A DNA stretch of 64,000 bases from Clostridia bacterium (GTDB lineage Bacteria > Bacillota > Clostridia > Oscillospirales > CAG-272), in contig JAFQPM010000005.1 of assembly GCA_017411745.1 (NCBI GenBank), positions 5,145 to 69,144 on the forward strand, read 5' to 3'. Each line of letters opens with the position of its first letter. Position 1 is the stretch's first letter. The notes beneath the pieces are model-generated. The model made no database searches. It was not told where the DNA came from and saw only the letters and a program-made list of their open reading frames with translations. Position numbers and translations under genes: made by a program. Shown here in pieces: positions 1 to 9,023 of this stretch.

Positions 1-1
1 C

Positions 2-286
2 AGTATCATTTACATCATTTGGGGAATTATGGGACCCGTGTCGGCTATCAACGCGATCATCGCGCTCAACGTTCCCGCACTGATCTCGGCAACGGTCAGC
101 GTTCTTATGCTTCTTGCAGGTATTTTCGGCCTTCTCGGTATGAAGAAGATCAAATGCAAGGTGTTTGGCGTGATCATTTTCGTGTTTGCCGCTATTGCGG
201 TGGTTTCCGCGCTTATGGCAGGCGGTGGATTTGTCAATCCCTTGATCACTGCGGTTCTCGCGTGGCTCTTTATTATTTGCGTCTGA
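2..286 (+). CDS. 3' end of a multi-pass membrane protein gene (5' end upstream of window)
   Basis: Frame is open from position 2 to TGA at 284-286. Hydrophobic helices present (AINAIIALNVPALISATVSVLMLLAGIFGLLG; VFGVIIFVFAAIAVVSALMAGG). Terminator follows. Confidence 0.5.
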   Translation, partial: SIIYIIWGIMGPVSAINAIIALNVPALISATVSVLMLLAGIFGLLGMKKIKCKVFGVIIFVFAAIAVVSALMAGGGFVNPLITAVLAWLFIICV

Positions 287-304
287 TAAATTGAAAACGC
301 AACC

Positions 305-336
305 GAGGCAACTCATTGAGAGTTGCCTCTTTTTTT
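305..336 (+). terminator. Rho-independent terminator
   Basis: Stem gaggcaact (305-313) pairs with agttgcctc (321-329), followed by a T7 run. Confidence 0.85.
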
Positions 337-498
337 GAATCTTAGTTAAGCAAACTGAACTGAATGGCGTTTGTTAGAATGATATTAAGCGAGCTTAACA
401 GAAAACTGTGGAATTGGTTAATTATACTTAACTTTGTTTTGCCGTTCTTGCGGTTCGTATTTTTTTGATAAGATATCGGTTGTGCAACCTGATCGGTG

Positions 499-527
499 TT
501 GACATACGCCGCAATTTATGATAAAAT
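499..527 (+). promoter_or_regulatory. sigma-A type promoter (TTGACA-17-TAAAAT)
   Basis: TTGACA at 499-504, 17-nt spacer, TAAAAT at 522-527, about 35 nt upstream of the U32 gene. Confidence 0.6.
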
Positions 528-561
528 ATAAATTGTATATATATGTTTACATTTGGACGGT

Positions 562-1851
562 ATGGAAATGAAAAACAACATAAAAAGACCCGAATTGCTC
601 TCGCCCGCGGGCAATTTCGAAAAGCTGAAGGCTGCTTTGCTTTACGGCGCTGACGCTATATATTGCGCGGGACAGAGCTTTGGTATGCGCTCGGCTGCAG
701 ACAATTTTACGGTCGAGGAGCTTTACGAGGCGGTAAAATATACTCACGATAGAGGTAAGAAGCTCTATCTGACGCTTAACACAATGCCTCACGGAAACGA
801 ATACGACGAATTGCGTAAATTCCTAGCTGATATAAGCGCTGCGGAGATCGACGCGTTTATCGTTGCCGATCTTGGAGTTATGGCGACGGTCAGGGAGATC
901 ATGCCCGATGCTGAGATACATATTTCGACGCAGGCGAGCATAGTTTCGCCCGAGGCGGCGAAGGCTTACGCGGCGCTGGGTGCTAAAAGGCTCGTGCTTG
1001 CGCGTGAGCTTTGCTTTGAGGAGATCAAGGCGATCCGCGACGCGCTTCCCGAGGACGTGGAGCTTGAGGCATTCGTCCACGGCTCAATGTGCGTTTCTTA
1101 TAGCGGAAGATGTATGCTTTCAAATCTTATGACGGGCAGAGATGCCAATCGCGGAAGGTGCACACAGCCTTGCCGTTGGAATTACATAATTTACGAGGAA
1201 AAGCGTCCCGATCTGCCGATACCGATCGAGCAGACCGAGCTTGGCACGTTCATTATGTCGTCCAAGGATATGTGCACGATCAAGCACATTCCCGAGCTTA
1301 TCACTTGCGGCATAGATTCCTTCAAGATAGAGGGAAGAATGAAGAGCGCGTATTACACATCTGTGGTCACGAACGCTTACAGAATGGCTATTGATGCTTA
1401 TCTTGCCGATCCCGAGGGCTATATATTTGACAGCCGTTGGTACAACGAGCTTGAGAGCGTTTCGCACCGTGAGTATTGCACGGGCTATTATCTCGACGAC
1501 CCGATGGACAACGCGCAGCTTTGCACACAGACGGGATATATTCGCGACAAGGCATATTTTGCTACCGCGATCGATTATAATGAAGAAGAAGCTTGCCGTA
1601 TTGCTGCCCTTGGTGTTGCTCTTGAAAACGAGAACGGACGGCTTTACCGCTTCATTCAGCGCAACAAGGTCAAGATCTCGGACAGAGCCGAGATGATCTC
1701 GCCTATGAAGGTGGGCAGGGGCTTTGAGGTTGGTGAGATCTATCTTACCGATGGCTCGGCTGCCGAGTCCGCGCCCCACCCCTCGATGATCTTTTGGTGC
1801 AGAGTGCCCTTTGAGGTCAAGGAAGGCGACATAATGCGTGGTGCGGAATAA
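562..1851 (+). CDS. Peptidase U32 family protein (collagenase-like / Fe-S RNA or quinone hydroxylase family)
   Basis: N-terminal ELLSPAGNFEKLKAALLYGADAIYCAG and the Cys cluster SGRCMLS...RGRCTQPCRW are typical of U32. The track ORF starts at TTG 553; ATG 562 is preferred. Confidence 0.9.
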   Translation: MEMKNNIKRPELLSPAGNFEKLKAALLYGADAIYCAGQSFGMRSAADNFTVEELYEAVKYTHDRGKKLYLTLNTMPHGNEYDELRKFLADISAAEIDAFIVADLGVMATVREIMPDAEIHISTQASIVSPEAAKAYAALGAKRLVLARELCFEEIKAIRDALPEDVELEAFVHGSMCVSYSGRCMLSNLMTGRDANRGRCTQPCRWNYIIYEEKRPDLPIPIEQTELGTFIMSSKDMCTIKHIPELITCGIDSFKIEGRMKSAYYTSVVTNAYRMAIDAYLADPEGYIFDSRWYNELESVSHREYCTGYYLDDPMDNAQLCTQTGYIRDKAYFATAIDYNEEEACRIAALGVALENENGRLYRFIQRNKVKISDRAEMISPMKVGRGFEVGEIYLTDGSAAESAPHPSMIFWCRVPFEVKEGDIMRGAE

Positions 1852-1868
1852 TTTTGACGGAGAAAATA

Positions 1869-2762
1869 ATGGGTTTTATAGAAATAATTAAGGCGATAAT
1901 TTTCGGAGTTATAGAGGGTATAACCGAGTGGCTGCCCGTCAGTTCTACGGGGCATCTGATACTTCTCGACGAATTTTTGTCGCTTAACGTGGCACCCTTG
2001 CTTGACGCTACCTTTGCAGATGAATACATGAGTATGTTTGAGGTCGTCATTCAGCTTGGAGCGATCCTTGCCGTTGTCGTGATGTTTTTCGGAAAATTAA
2101 ATCCTTTTGCGCCCTCGAAAAGCACGACCGAGAAAAAGGCTACTTGGGTCTTATGGTTCAAGGTGATATTGGCGAGTGTTCCCGCCGCGTTTGTCGGAAT
2201 AGTCGTTGACAAGCTGCTTGAAAATGCCACGGGTAAGAACATTGACGGTTGGATCTACAACGCGGTCACGGTTGCCGTTGCTTTGACCGTGTACGGTGTG
2301 CTTTTCATACTTGTGGAGAGGTGGCAGTCGAAGAAAAATTCGACGGTATCGTCGGTTGAGGGGATATCATACGGTCAGGCGATGCTTGTCGGTTGCTTTC
2401 AGGTACTTTCGATAGTGCCCGGTACTTCAAGGTCGGGTTCTACGATTCTCGGCGCGAGAGCTCTTGGCATATCGCGCTCGGCGGCGGCTGAATTTTCCTT
2501 CTTTATGGGTATTCCCGCTATGGTGGGCGCGAGCTTGCTCAAGGGATACGGATTTTTTGATTACGTCAGCGAATCAGGAGTGCAAGTGCCGCCGCTTGCG
2601 TGGGCAGTTTTGGCGATTGCAAGTGTCGTAGCCTTTGCCGTTTCGATGGTTGCAATAAAGTTCTTGATGGAATTCGTCAAGAAGCACAGCTTTGCGCCCT
2701 TTGGCGTATATCGCATAGTGCTTGGCGCGCTCGTTTTGATTTATTTTGCTTGCGGTTTTTGA
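1869..2762 (+). CDS. uppP: Undecaprenyl-diphosphate phosphatase
   Basis: Motifs EGITEWLPVSSTGHLIL and VPGTSRSGSTILGA; polytopic membrane protein. GGAG lies 7 nt before ATG 1869. Confidence 0.93.
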   Translation: MGFIEIIKAIIFGVIEGITEWLPVSSTGHLILLDEFLSLNVAPLLDATFADEYMSMFEVVIQLGAILAVVVMFFGKLNPFAPSKSTTEKKATWVLWFKVILASVPAAFVGIVVDKLLENATGKNIDGWIYNAVTVAVALTVYGVLFILVERWQSKKNSTVSSVEGISYGQAMLVGCFQVLSIVPGTSRSGSTILGARALGISRSAAAEFSFFMGIPAMVGASLLKGYGFFDYVSESGVQVPPLAWAVLAIASVVAFAVSMVAIKFLMEFVKKHSFAPFGVYRIVLGALVLIYFACGF

Positions 2763-2764
2763 TT

Positions 2765-3346
2765 ATGGAAAAATTGAGGATAAACTACCCTATAATCGTT
2801 GAGGGTAAATATGATAAGATAAAGATACTGTCGGTCGCAGACGCTTGCGTGATACAGACCGACGGTTTCGGGGTCTTTAAAAATTCCGAGAGACTTGCTT
2901 TGATAAGAAAGCTTGCCGAAAGGGAAAAGATAATAGTTATGACCGACAGTGACGGCGCGGGCAAGGTCATTCGCTCGCACATCACGTCGGCAATACCGAA
3001 GGACAGGCTTATACAACTGTATATTCCGCAGGTCGAGGGCAAGGAGAAGAGAAAGCAGGCGCCGTCGGCAGAGGGGTATCTTGGAGTCGAGGGCACAGAA
3101 GCTGATATTATCCGACGCTTGCTTGAACCGTTTGCAAGTGACGTCCAGCTTCCGTTGCGTGCCGAGATCAGAAAGGCGGATCTTTACGAGGTCGGGCTCA
3201 CGGGGGGCGCTGACAGCGCGCAAAAAAGGGACGATTTTGCAGTCAGCATAGGTCTTCCGCGTGGTATGACGCCTAATGCTCTTTTGGCGGCGCTTAACGT
3301 GCTTATGGATAGGGACAAGCTCTATTCTATGATAGGTGATAAATAA
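2765..3346 (+). CDS. Toprim domain protein (RNase M5-like / DUF4093-type)
   Basis: IIVEGKYDK (Toprim Glu) and VMTDSDGAGKVIR (DxD). The internal ATG at 2765 sits right after the uppP stop; the upstream part of ORF 2600-3346 overlaps uppP. Confidence 0.75.
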   Translation: MEKLRINYPIIVEGKYDKIKILSVADACVIQTDGFGVFKNSERLALIRKLAEREKIIVMTDSDGAGKVIRSHITSAIPKDRLIQLYIPQVEGKEKRKQAPSAEGYLGVEGTEADIIRRLLEPFASDVQLPLRAEIRKADLYEVGLTGGADSAQKRDDFAVSIGLPRGMTPNALLAALNVLMDRDKLYSMIGDK

Positions 3347-3392
3347 TCACGCGGATTTTGATAATAACTGTGAAGAAATCGGAGAATAAAAA

Positions 3393-4655
3393 ATGAAAAC
3401 AAAGTTGCTGAAGTGTTTAACGCTATTTGTGACGATGATCATCGTCGTTAGTACATTCTCGGTCATTGTATCCGCTTATAGCGGCACCCCATCCGTTACA
3501 AATTGGGGAACGAGAGACGAGGTATGCACGGAGCTCAGCGAATATGCAGAGGCATATTATACGGGGGATTACACCTATGAGTCGCTTTCGTCGCTGTCGT
3601 CAAGCGAACTGAAAACTCAACTCAAGAGCCTTATGACGACGACTCATACCTATCAGTCTTCTTACAGCGACTGCAGAGATTTGGCAAAATATACCGACTG
3701 TCAAAACGGCGACGGCACGTCTGTTGTTCTTTTGTATACATCGTTCGTTGCCAATCAGCAGCTTTGGATAAATAATACCTCGGGAGGCTGGAACAGGGAA
3801 CACGTATGGCCCAAGAGCATTGGCGGAAAAAATGAGACGGGCGGAGGAGCAGATCTTCATCATATTCGTCCTTCCGACTCGGGCGTGAATACGGATAGGG
3901 GAAATAAGCTCTATGGCAACGTTCCCAATCCTACCGCTACCAGTATAAGCAATAGCGTTACCGGAAAGATACAAGGCGGCACCTATGATGGCAGATATTT
4001 TGAACCTAACGATAACGTTAAAGGCGACGTTGCGAGAATTTGTTTGTATCTATACGTGCGTTGGGGATCCGCGTGGGGTGCGGACAGTATTACCAAGGTC
4101 TTCGAGAGCGTTGACGTTCTGCTTGAATGGTGCGAGCTTGATCCTGTTGATACTTGGGAGATGGGCAGAAACGATGCGGTTCAGAGCATTCAGGGCAACA
4201 GAAACGTGTTTATTGACTATCCCGAGCTTGCATGGATGCTCTTTGAGGAGGATATTCCTGCTGAAATGACAACTCCTTCTATGAGCTTGATCAACGGAAG
4301 CGTTGATACCGAGACGGAAACCGAAACTGAGACCGAAACTGAGACCGAAACTGAAACTGAAACTGAAACCGAGACAGAGACAGAGACGGAGACGGAAACC
4401 GAGACAGAGACTGATATAAAAATAGAAACGGAGACTGATACTGAAATCGAATCCGATACTGATAGGAATCAAGCAGAGGAAGATGTTGGAACTGATACAT
4501 CAACAGTTACCTCACGTGACGAGACTCAAGATCAGCTTGAAGAGACCGACAGGACTGAGAATGGATGCAATTCGAGTGTTTCGGGAGGTCTTGTGATCGT
4601 GTCGGTAGTGGCTACCGTGCCATTTGCTGTTGCGCGCAAAAAGAAAGAGCTTTAA
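3393..4655 (+). CDS. Exported endonuclease I-family nuclease with (Thr-Glu)n linker and C-terminal membrane anchor
   Basis: Signal peptide. NREHVWPKSIGG and DLHHIRPSDSGVNTDRGN match the endonuclease I / extracellular nuclease signature. TE repeat present; C-terminus GGLVIVSVVATVPFAVARKKKEL. Confidence 0.8.
   Translation: MKTKLLKCLTLFVTMIIVVSTFSVIVSAYSGTPSVTNWGTRDEVCTELSEYAEAYYTGDYTYESLSSLSSSELKTQLKSLMTTTHTYQSSYSDCRDLAKYTDCQNGDGTSVVLLYTSFVANQQLWINNTSGGWNREHVWPKSIGGKNETGGGADLHHIRPSDSGVNTDRGNKLYGNVPNPTATSISNSVTGKIQGGTYDGRYFEPNDNVKGDVARICLYLYVRWGSAWGADSITKVFESVDVLLEWCELDPVDTWEMGRNDAVQSIQGNRNVFIDYPELAWMLFEEDIPAEMTTPSMSLINGSVDTETETETETETETETETETETETETETETETETETDIKIETETDTEIESDTDRNQAEEDVGTDTSTVTSRDETQDQLEETDRTENGCNSSVSGGLVIVSVVATVPFAVARKKKEL
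4308..4409 (+). repeat. In-frame hexanucleotide (ACN-GAR) x17 repeat encoding (Thr-Glu)17
   Basis: Counted directly: 17 consecutive ACN GAR codon pairs from 4308 to 4409, followed by degenerate ET/DT units. Confidence 0.95.
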
Positions 4656-4687
4656 GCTTGAATAACGGATACTTTTTGGAGGATTAT

Positions 4688-4993
4688 ATGGCGGAATTTT
4701 TGGAGATCACGATGATAGTCAGCTTTGGTGTATCCTGGCCGATGAACGTGATAAAGTCCTACAAGGCGAGGACGACTAAAGGGAAAAGCCTTGCGTTTAT
4801 CTTGCTTATTTTGTTCGGGTACGTTGCGGGAATTACATCCAAGTTCGTTAACGAGAGCTATATGGCGAATATCGGGCAGAAATGGTACGTGCTTTTCTTC
4901 TACGTTCTTAACTTTATAATGGTCAGCGCCGATCTTTGTCTTTACGTGCGTAATTACAGACTTGACAAACAAAGAATGATCGAGGAGGAATGA
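4688..4993 (+). CDS. Small 3-TM membrane protein, PQ-loop/SemiSWEET-like
   Basis: 101 aa with three hydrophobic helices. SWPMNVIKSYKARTTKGKS resembles a PQ-loop motif. The ATG at 4688 is internal to track ORF 4565-4993, whose first 41 codons overlap the nuclease gene. Confidence 0.5.
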   Translation: MAEFLEITMIVSFGVSWPMNVIKSYKARTTKGKSLAFILLILFGYVAGITSKFVNESYMANIGQKWYVLFFYVLNFIMVSADLCLYVRNYRLDKQRMIEEE

Positions 4994-4998
4994 TCTTT

Positions 4999-5721
4999 AT
5001 GAACGTACTTGCAATTGGAAACAGCTTTTCTGAGGATGCGACGAGATATCTGCACGGCATTGCACGCGCAGACGGAATGTATACCGAGATAGTCGGCGCG
5101 GCTATAGGCGGCTGCTCTTTTGAGTGGCACTATCGCAATATGCTTGCCGACCGTAAAGAGTATATGCTTTTCTTTAACGGATATTTCACCGGATTCAGAA
5201 CCACGCTCAAGGAGGCGCTTTTGTCGCGCGAGTGGGACGTTGTCACTATTCAACAGGTGAGCCATTTGAGCTTTAATAAGGAAACTTATCAGCCTTATGT
5301 GTCTGCGCTTGCCGCATATATCAGGCAGTATGCTCCCAAGGCGAAGCTTTTACTTCAGCAGACCTGGGCTTACGAGGAGGGAAGCGACCGCCTTCACAAT
5401 ATCGCGGGATATCAGACGGGTGATGATATGCTTGCAGATATCAAGAAGGCATACGGCGAGATCTGTGATGAGGTCGGTTTTGACGGAATTATTCCCTCGG
5501 GTGAGATGTTTGCAGAGCTTTTGAAGCTTGGTATTCCCAAGGTGCACAGAGATTCCTTTCACGCTACGCTTGGACTTGGAAGATATGCGCTCGGGCTTTT
5601 GTGGTATCGCATGCTGACGGGCAGAAGCGTTGAAAATAACAGCTTTTGTGACTTTGACGAGCCGATTTCCGACGAGGAGATCGCAATCGTCAAGAAATAC
5701 GTGGATTCGGTTGCTCTGTAA
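4999..5721 (+). CDS. DUF4886 / SGNH-like hydrolase family protein
   Basis: N-terminal NVLAIGNSFSEDATRYLHGIA block typical of DUF4886. GGAGG lies about 10 nt before ATG 4999. Confidence 0.7.
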   Translation: MNVLAIGNSFSEDATRYLHGIARADGMYTEIVGAAIGGCSFEWHYRNMLADRKEYMLFFNGYFTGFRTTLKEALLSREWDVVTIQQVSHLSFNKETYQPYVSALAAYIRQYAPKAKLLLQQTWAYEEGSDRLHNIAGYQTGDDMLADIKKAYGEICDEVGFDGIIPSGEMFAELLKLGIPKVHRDSFHATLGLGRYALGLLWYRMLTGRSVENNSFCDFDEPISDEEIAIVKKYVDSVAL

Positions 5722-5740
5722 GGAGCTTTGAAATATAGAA

Positions 5741-5780
5741 GAGGCAACGCCCACGAAAATTTGGGCGTTGCCTCTTTCTT
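5741..5780 (+). terminator. Rho-independent terminator
   Basis: gaggcaacgccca (5741-5753) pairs with tgggcgttgcctc (5762-5774), then tttctt. Confidence 0.85.
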
Positions 5781-5852
5781 AAGGAAAATTAAGAATTCTC
5801 GTATATATATATTAAGAATTTCATTGTATGATATACACGGAGGTGAAAAAAT

Positions 5853-6533
5853 ATGAACGTATTGGTTGTTGATGACGATAGAGAGATCGTTGACAGCATA
5901 AGTATTTTTCTTTCTGGGGAGGGCTATAAGTCATTCAAAGCCTATGACGGAATCGAAGCGCTTGATATTCTGTCGGAAAACGAAGTGCATCTGATGATTC
6001 TTGATATTATGATGCCAAGGCTTGACGGGATCAAGACCTTGATGAAATTGCGTGAATCAAGAAATATTCCCGTTATTCTGCTTTCTGCAAAATCTGAAGA
6101 TACAGATAAAATTTTCGGACTTACGGCAGGGGCAGATGATTATGTTACGAAACCGTTTAATCCTTCGGAGCTTATGGCAAGAGTCAAGTCACAGCTCAGA
6201 AGATATACCGCTCTCGGTGCTATCGGAAAGCAGAACGGTGAAATCGTAATTGATGGTCTCTGCGTCAACACGGAGCGCAAGACTGTAAAGGTCGATGGGG
6301 AAAACGTCAGACTGACTCCCGTTGAGTACAAAATACTTGAGCTGTTGGTCAGAAACAGGGGGCGCGTGTACTCTGCGGAGGATATTTATTCAAACGTATG
6401 GAATGAACAAACGATCGTAGGGGATAACACGATAGCGGTACATGTCCGTCATATCCGAGAAAAAATCGAGATCAATCCCAAAGAACCGAAATATCTTAAG
6501 GTGGTTTGGGGGATAGGCTATAAGATTGATTAG
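5853..6533 (+). CDS. OmpR-family two-component response regulator
   Basis: Receiver domain (VVDDD..., ILDIMMP, K in LSAKSE) plus a winged-helix C-terminus (LTPVEYKILELL, VWGIGYKID). Confidence 0.92.
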   Translation: MNVLVVDDDREIVDSISIFLSGEGYKSFKAYDGIEALDILSENEVHLMILDIMMPRLDGIKTLMKLRESRNIPVILLSAKSEDTDKIFGLTAGADDYVTKPFNPSELMARVKSQLRRYTALGAIGKQNGEIVIDGLCVNTERKTVKVDGENVRLTPVEYKILELLVRNRGRVYSAEDIYSNVWNEQTIVGDNTIAVHVRHIREKIEINPKEPKYLKVVWGIGYKID

Positions 6534-6547
6534 AGGAGAAGGGATCT

Positions 6548-8611
6548 ATGAAAAAAATAATTTATTCGAGCTTTTTGAAGCTTATTGCCGTGATCTTATT
6601 GATCACGAGCATTGTGTGCGGTGTATTGACTATGATATACGGGAATTTAGAATATGGTGAGGAGGAGCAGGATATATATGCATTTGAAAGCGATTTCTCG
6701 GAATCGTGGTATATTTCTTACTTGCTGAGCCGACCCGAAAATCTGCTGATGGATGCATACTACAGCGCATACGGTGATCGTGAGTACGAAGGTGAAGTTA
6801 CATTTGATGATCAGGAAACCTATAGTCAAGAGAGCAATGCAGTTGAGGATCCCGAGATCATTGAAGACAACCTTACGCAAACATTCGGAGATCCTTATAA
6901 TTTTGAAAAAATAAATTATTACGTACAGTGGAATGATCTTGTATTTACAAACTGCGGAGCCGTTGCCCCCGAGGAGCTTATGCAGGGCGAGTATTATTCC
7001 TATTTGAAACGTGATAACACCGGCATGGTGGAGCGCTCATCGACAAATGAGCTTCGGGGATATTGGATAGAGGGGCTTGAGCGATTTGATTCCACGAGTG
7101 TCATTATCATCAGCTGCAGTGTAAAGGAAGAGACCGCCAAAGAATACAGGGCAATCTGGGAGAGGCAAGAAAATATATTTATCGGAATGTGTGTTCAAAC
7201 GCTTTTATGTGCTATTGTTGCTCTGATTTTGTTGATCTATCTGCTCTGCGTATGCGGAAAGAAGGCAAACGGTGAATATAAGAATATGTGGCTTGATAAC
7301 GTCTGGGTCGAGATACATTTGGCGGCGGTTATCGCTGCGGGTGTCGGATCGGTCGCACTCTGTATATTTGTACTTGAAGAATATATGTGGGGGAATTTCC
7401 CTCATATTTTGATTGGTTGGGCAATAGGGGCAGCTTCAGCGTTCGGCAGCTTGGTTATCATAACGTCGCTGCTTTCGATCATACGGAATATTAAAACCAA
7501 ACGGCTGGTCGAAACAAGCATTATACTTCGTATTTTAAGGTGGATATTGCATTTGATAATTAAGATGATAAAGTGGATCTGGAGACTAACGAAAGCGTTT
7601 TGGACGACTATTTTCAGGATGCTGTCGAAAAAAACAGGTGTACTTTTCACAACTATGCTTTTTGTATATACAGCCCTTATTGGAGTCATGGGTGTGTGTA
7701 CGGCTATTTCTCCGATATGGTTGCTAATTGGTGTTCTCTTGTTCGGAATTGCGTGCTTTGCTGTTGCTTGTCGAGCCAAAGATCTTGATGAGATAAAAAA
7801 AGGTGTCAGTGAGGTGCGGAGTGGAAATGTGTCGTATAAAATTCCTGAGCTGAAGTGCGATGATATGAAACCCTTGGCGGTTAATATAAATGATATTGCC
7901 AAGGGGCTCGACGAATCCGTATCTGCCAAGGTCAAGGCAGAAAGATTGAAGAGCGAGCTTATTACGAATGTATCACACGATCTGAAAACACCGATTACTT
8001 CTATTGTCAGCTATACCGAGCTTTTGTCAAAAATAGATGAGCTGCCCGAAGAAGCAAAGGATTACGTGTCCGTAATTGCTAAAAAGAGTGACAGATTAAA
8101 AAGGCTTACGCAAGATCTGTTCGATATTTCAAAGGCGCAGAGTGGTAACGATGACGTTGTTTTGGAAAAGCTCGATGTGGCGCTTCTTATCAACCAAGCG
8201 CTTGGTGAGCACGATAACGAAATTCAAAGCTCGGGTCTGCCGTTTTGCGTAGAAGCTCCTAAAGAGTTATTCATTTTAGCTGACGGTCGAAAGATGTCGC
8301 GCGTTTTGAGCAATTTGATTAACAACATTCTTAAGTATACGATGAAAAACACAAGAGTGTTTATTGCTGCATGCGAAAAAGAAGGCAATATTGAAATTGA
8401 GTTCAAGAATATTTCTGCATATCCTCTGAATTTTAACGTGGAAGAAATTACCCAAAGATTTGTTCGCGGTGACGAATCAAGAACAGCAGAAGGAAACGGT
8501 CTCGGCCTTGCGATCGCAAAAAGCTATACCGAAATATGTAACGGAGTTTTTGAAATCGTAGTTGACGGCGATATGTTCAAGGCAATTTTGAAATTTAAAA
8601 AGTATAGTTAA
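6548..8611 (+). CDS. Sensor histidine kinase (multi-TM N-terminal region, HAMP-like, HisKA, HATPase_c)
   Basis: H-box NVSHDLKTPITSI, N-box NLINNILKYT, G-box GNGLGLAIAKS. Starts 15 nt after the regulator gene. Confidence 0.9.
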   Translation: MKKIIYSSFLKLIAVILLITSIVCGVLTMIYGNLEYGEEEQDIYAFESDFSESWYISYLLSRPENLLMDAYYSAYGDREYEGEVTFDDQETYSQESNAVEDPEIIEDNLTQTFGDPYNFEKINYYVQWNDLVFTNCGAVAPEELMQGEYYSYLKRDNTGMVERSSTNELRGYWIEGLERFDSTSVIIISCSVKEETAKEYRAIWERQENIFIGMCVQTLLCAIVALILLIYLLCVCGKKANGEYKNMWLDNVWVEIHLAAVIAAGVGSVALCIFVLEEYMWGNFPHILIGWAIGAASAFGSLVIITSLLSIIRNIKTKRLVETSIILRILRWILHLIIKMIKWIWRLTKAFWTTIFRMLSKKTGVLFTTMLFVYTALIGVMGVCTAISPIWLLIGVLLFGIACFAVACRAKDLDEIKKGVSEVRSGNVSYKIPELKCDDMKPLAVNINDIAKGLDESVSAKVKAERLKSELITNVSHDLKTPITSIVSYTELLSKIDELPEEAKDYVSVIAKKSDRLKRLTQDLFDISKAQSGNDDVVLEKLDVALLINQALGEHDNEIQSSGLPFCVEAPKELFILADGRKMSRVLSNLINNILKYTMKNTRVFIAACEKEGNIEIEFKNISAYPLNFNVEEITQRFVRGDESRTAEGNGLGLAIAKSYTEICNGVFEIVVDGDMFKAILKFKKYS

Positions 8612-8801
8612 GTTTGGATGATTGACTTTTGAGGTAATATCTTAATATCTAATGAATAAAGAAGCCCTCGATCAAATATCGAGGGCTTCTGTCCGTATAT
8701 GAAATATAAAACCATCCGGGAATCAGAACCTTTGCACAAAAATTGCAAGCAAATTTTGGCGTCGGAGTTCGATTAAGCCCGAAGGATCACAATAATAAAA
8801 A

Positions 8802-8827
8802 GGAGTAGCCGTTGCTACTCCTTTTTG
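8802..8827. terminator. Bidirectional hairpin terminator (tRNA-Glu on minus strand; HK operon on plus strand)
   Basis: ggagtagc (8802-8809) pairs with gctactcc (8814-8821). Flanked by an A-run on the left and tttttg on the right. Confidence 0.7.
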
Positions 8828-8831
8828 TTAT

Positions 8832-8906
8832 TGGTGACCCATCCGGGAATCGAACCCGAGTTTCCAGCGTGAGAGGCTAGCGTCTTAACCGCTTGACCAA
8901 TGGGCC
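8832..8906 (-). tRNA. tRNA-Glu (anticodon CUC)
   Basis: 75 nt. The reverse complement reads GGCCCATTGGTCAAGCGGTTAAGACGCTAGCCTCTCACGCTGGAAACTCGGGTTCGATTCCCGGATGGGTCACCA. Acceptor stem, anticodon stem CTAGC/GCTGG, loop CT-CTC-AC, T-loop GGTTCGATTCC and an encoded CCA are all present. Confidence 0.93.
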
Positions 8907-8925
8907 GTATCTTGACGACTTGAAT

Positions 8926-8954
8926 ATTATAGCACACTTTTTTTGAAAATGCAA
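8926..8954 (-). promoter_or_regulatory. sigma-A promoter for tRNA-Glu (TTGCAT-17-TATAAT)
   Basis: On the minus strand: TTGCAT (8954-8949), 17-nt spacer, TATAAT (8931-8926), about 20 nt upstream of the tRNA 5' end. Confidence 0.7.
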
Positions 8955-9023
8955 GAGGTTTTTGAAAAAAAGTTTAAAAATTTTTTGGAATTTTTGAAAA
9001 AAGACGAAAAAACCTCTTGCATT
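8948..9023. repeat. Perfect 16-bp inverted repeat (aatgcaagaggttttt / aaaaacctcttgcatt) separated by 44 A/T-rich nt
   Basis: Arms at 8948-8963 and 9008-9023, read directly. Each arm carries a TTGCAT -35-like hexamer facing outward. Confidence 0.9.

Noticed and set aside
8711-8906. tRNA-Glu-associated genomic island
   Set aside because: The repeat of the tRNA 3' end lies only about 100 bp away. No integrase or other mobile genes flank it, and the neighbouring genes are a two-component system and hprK.
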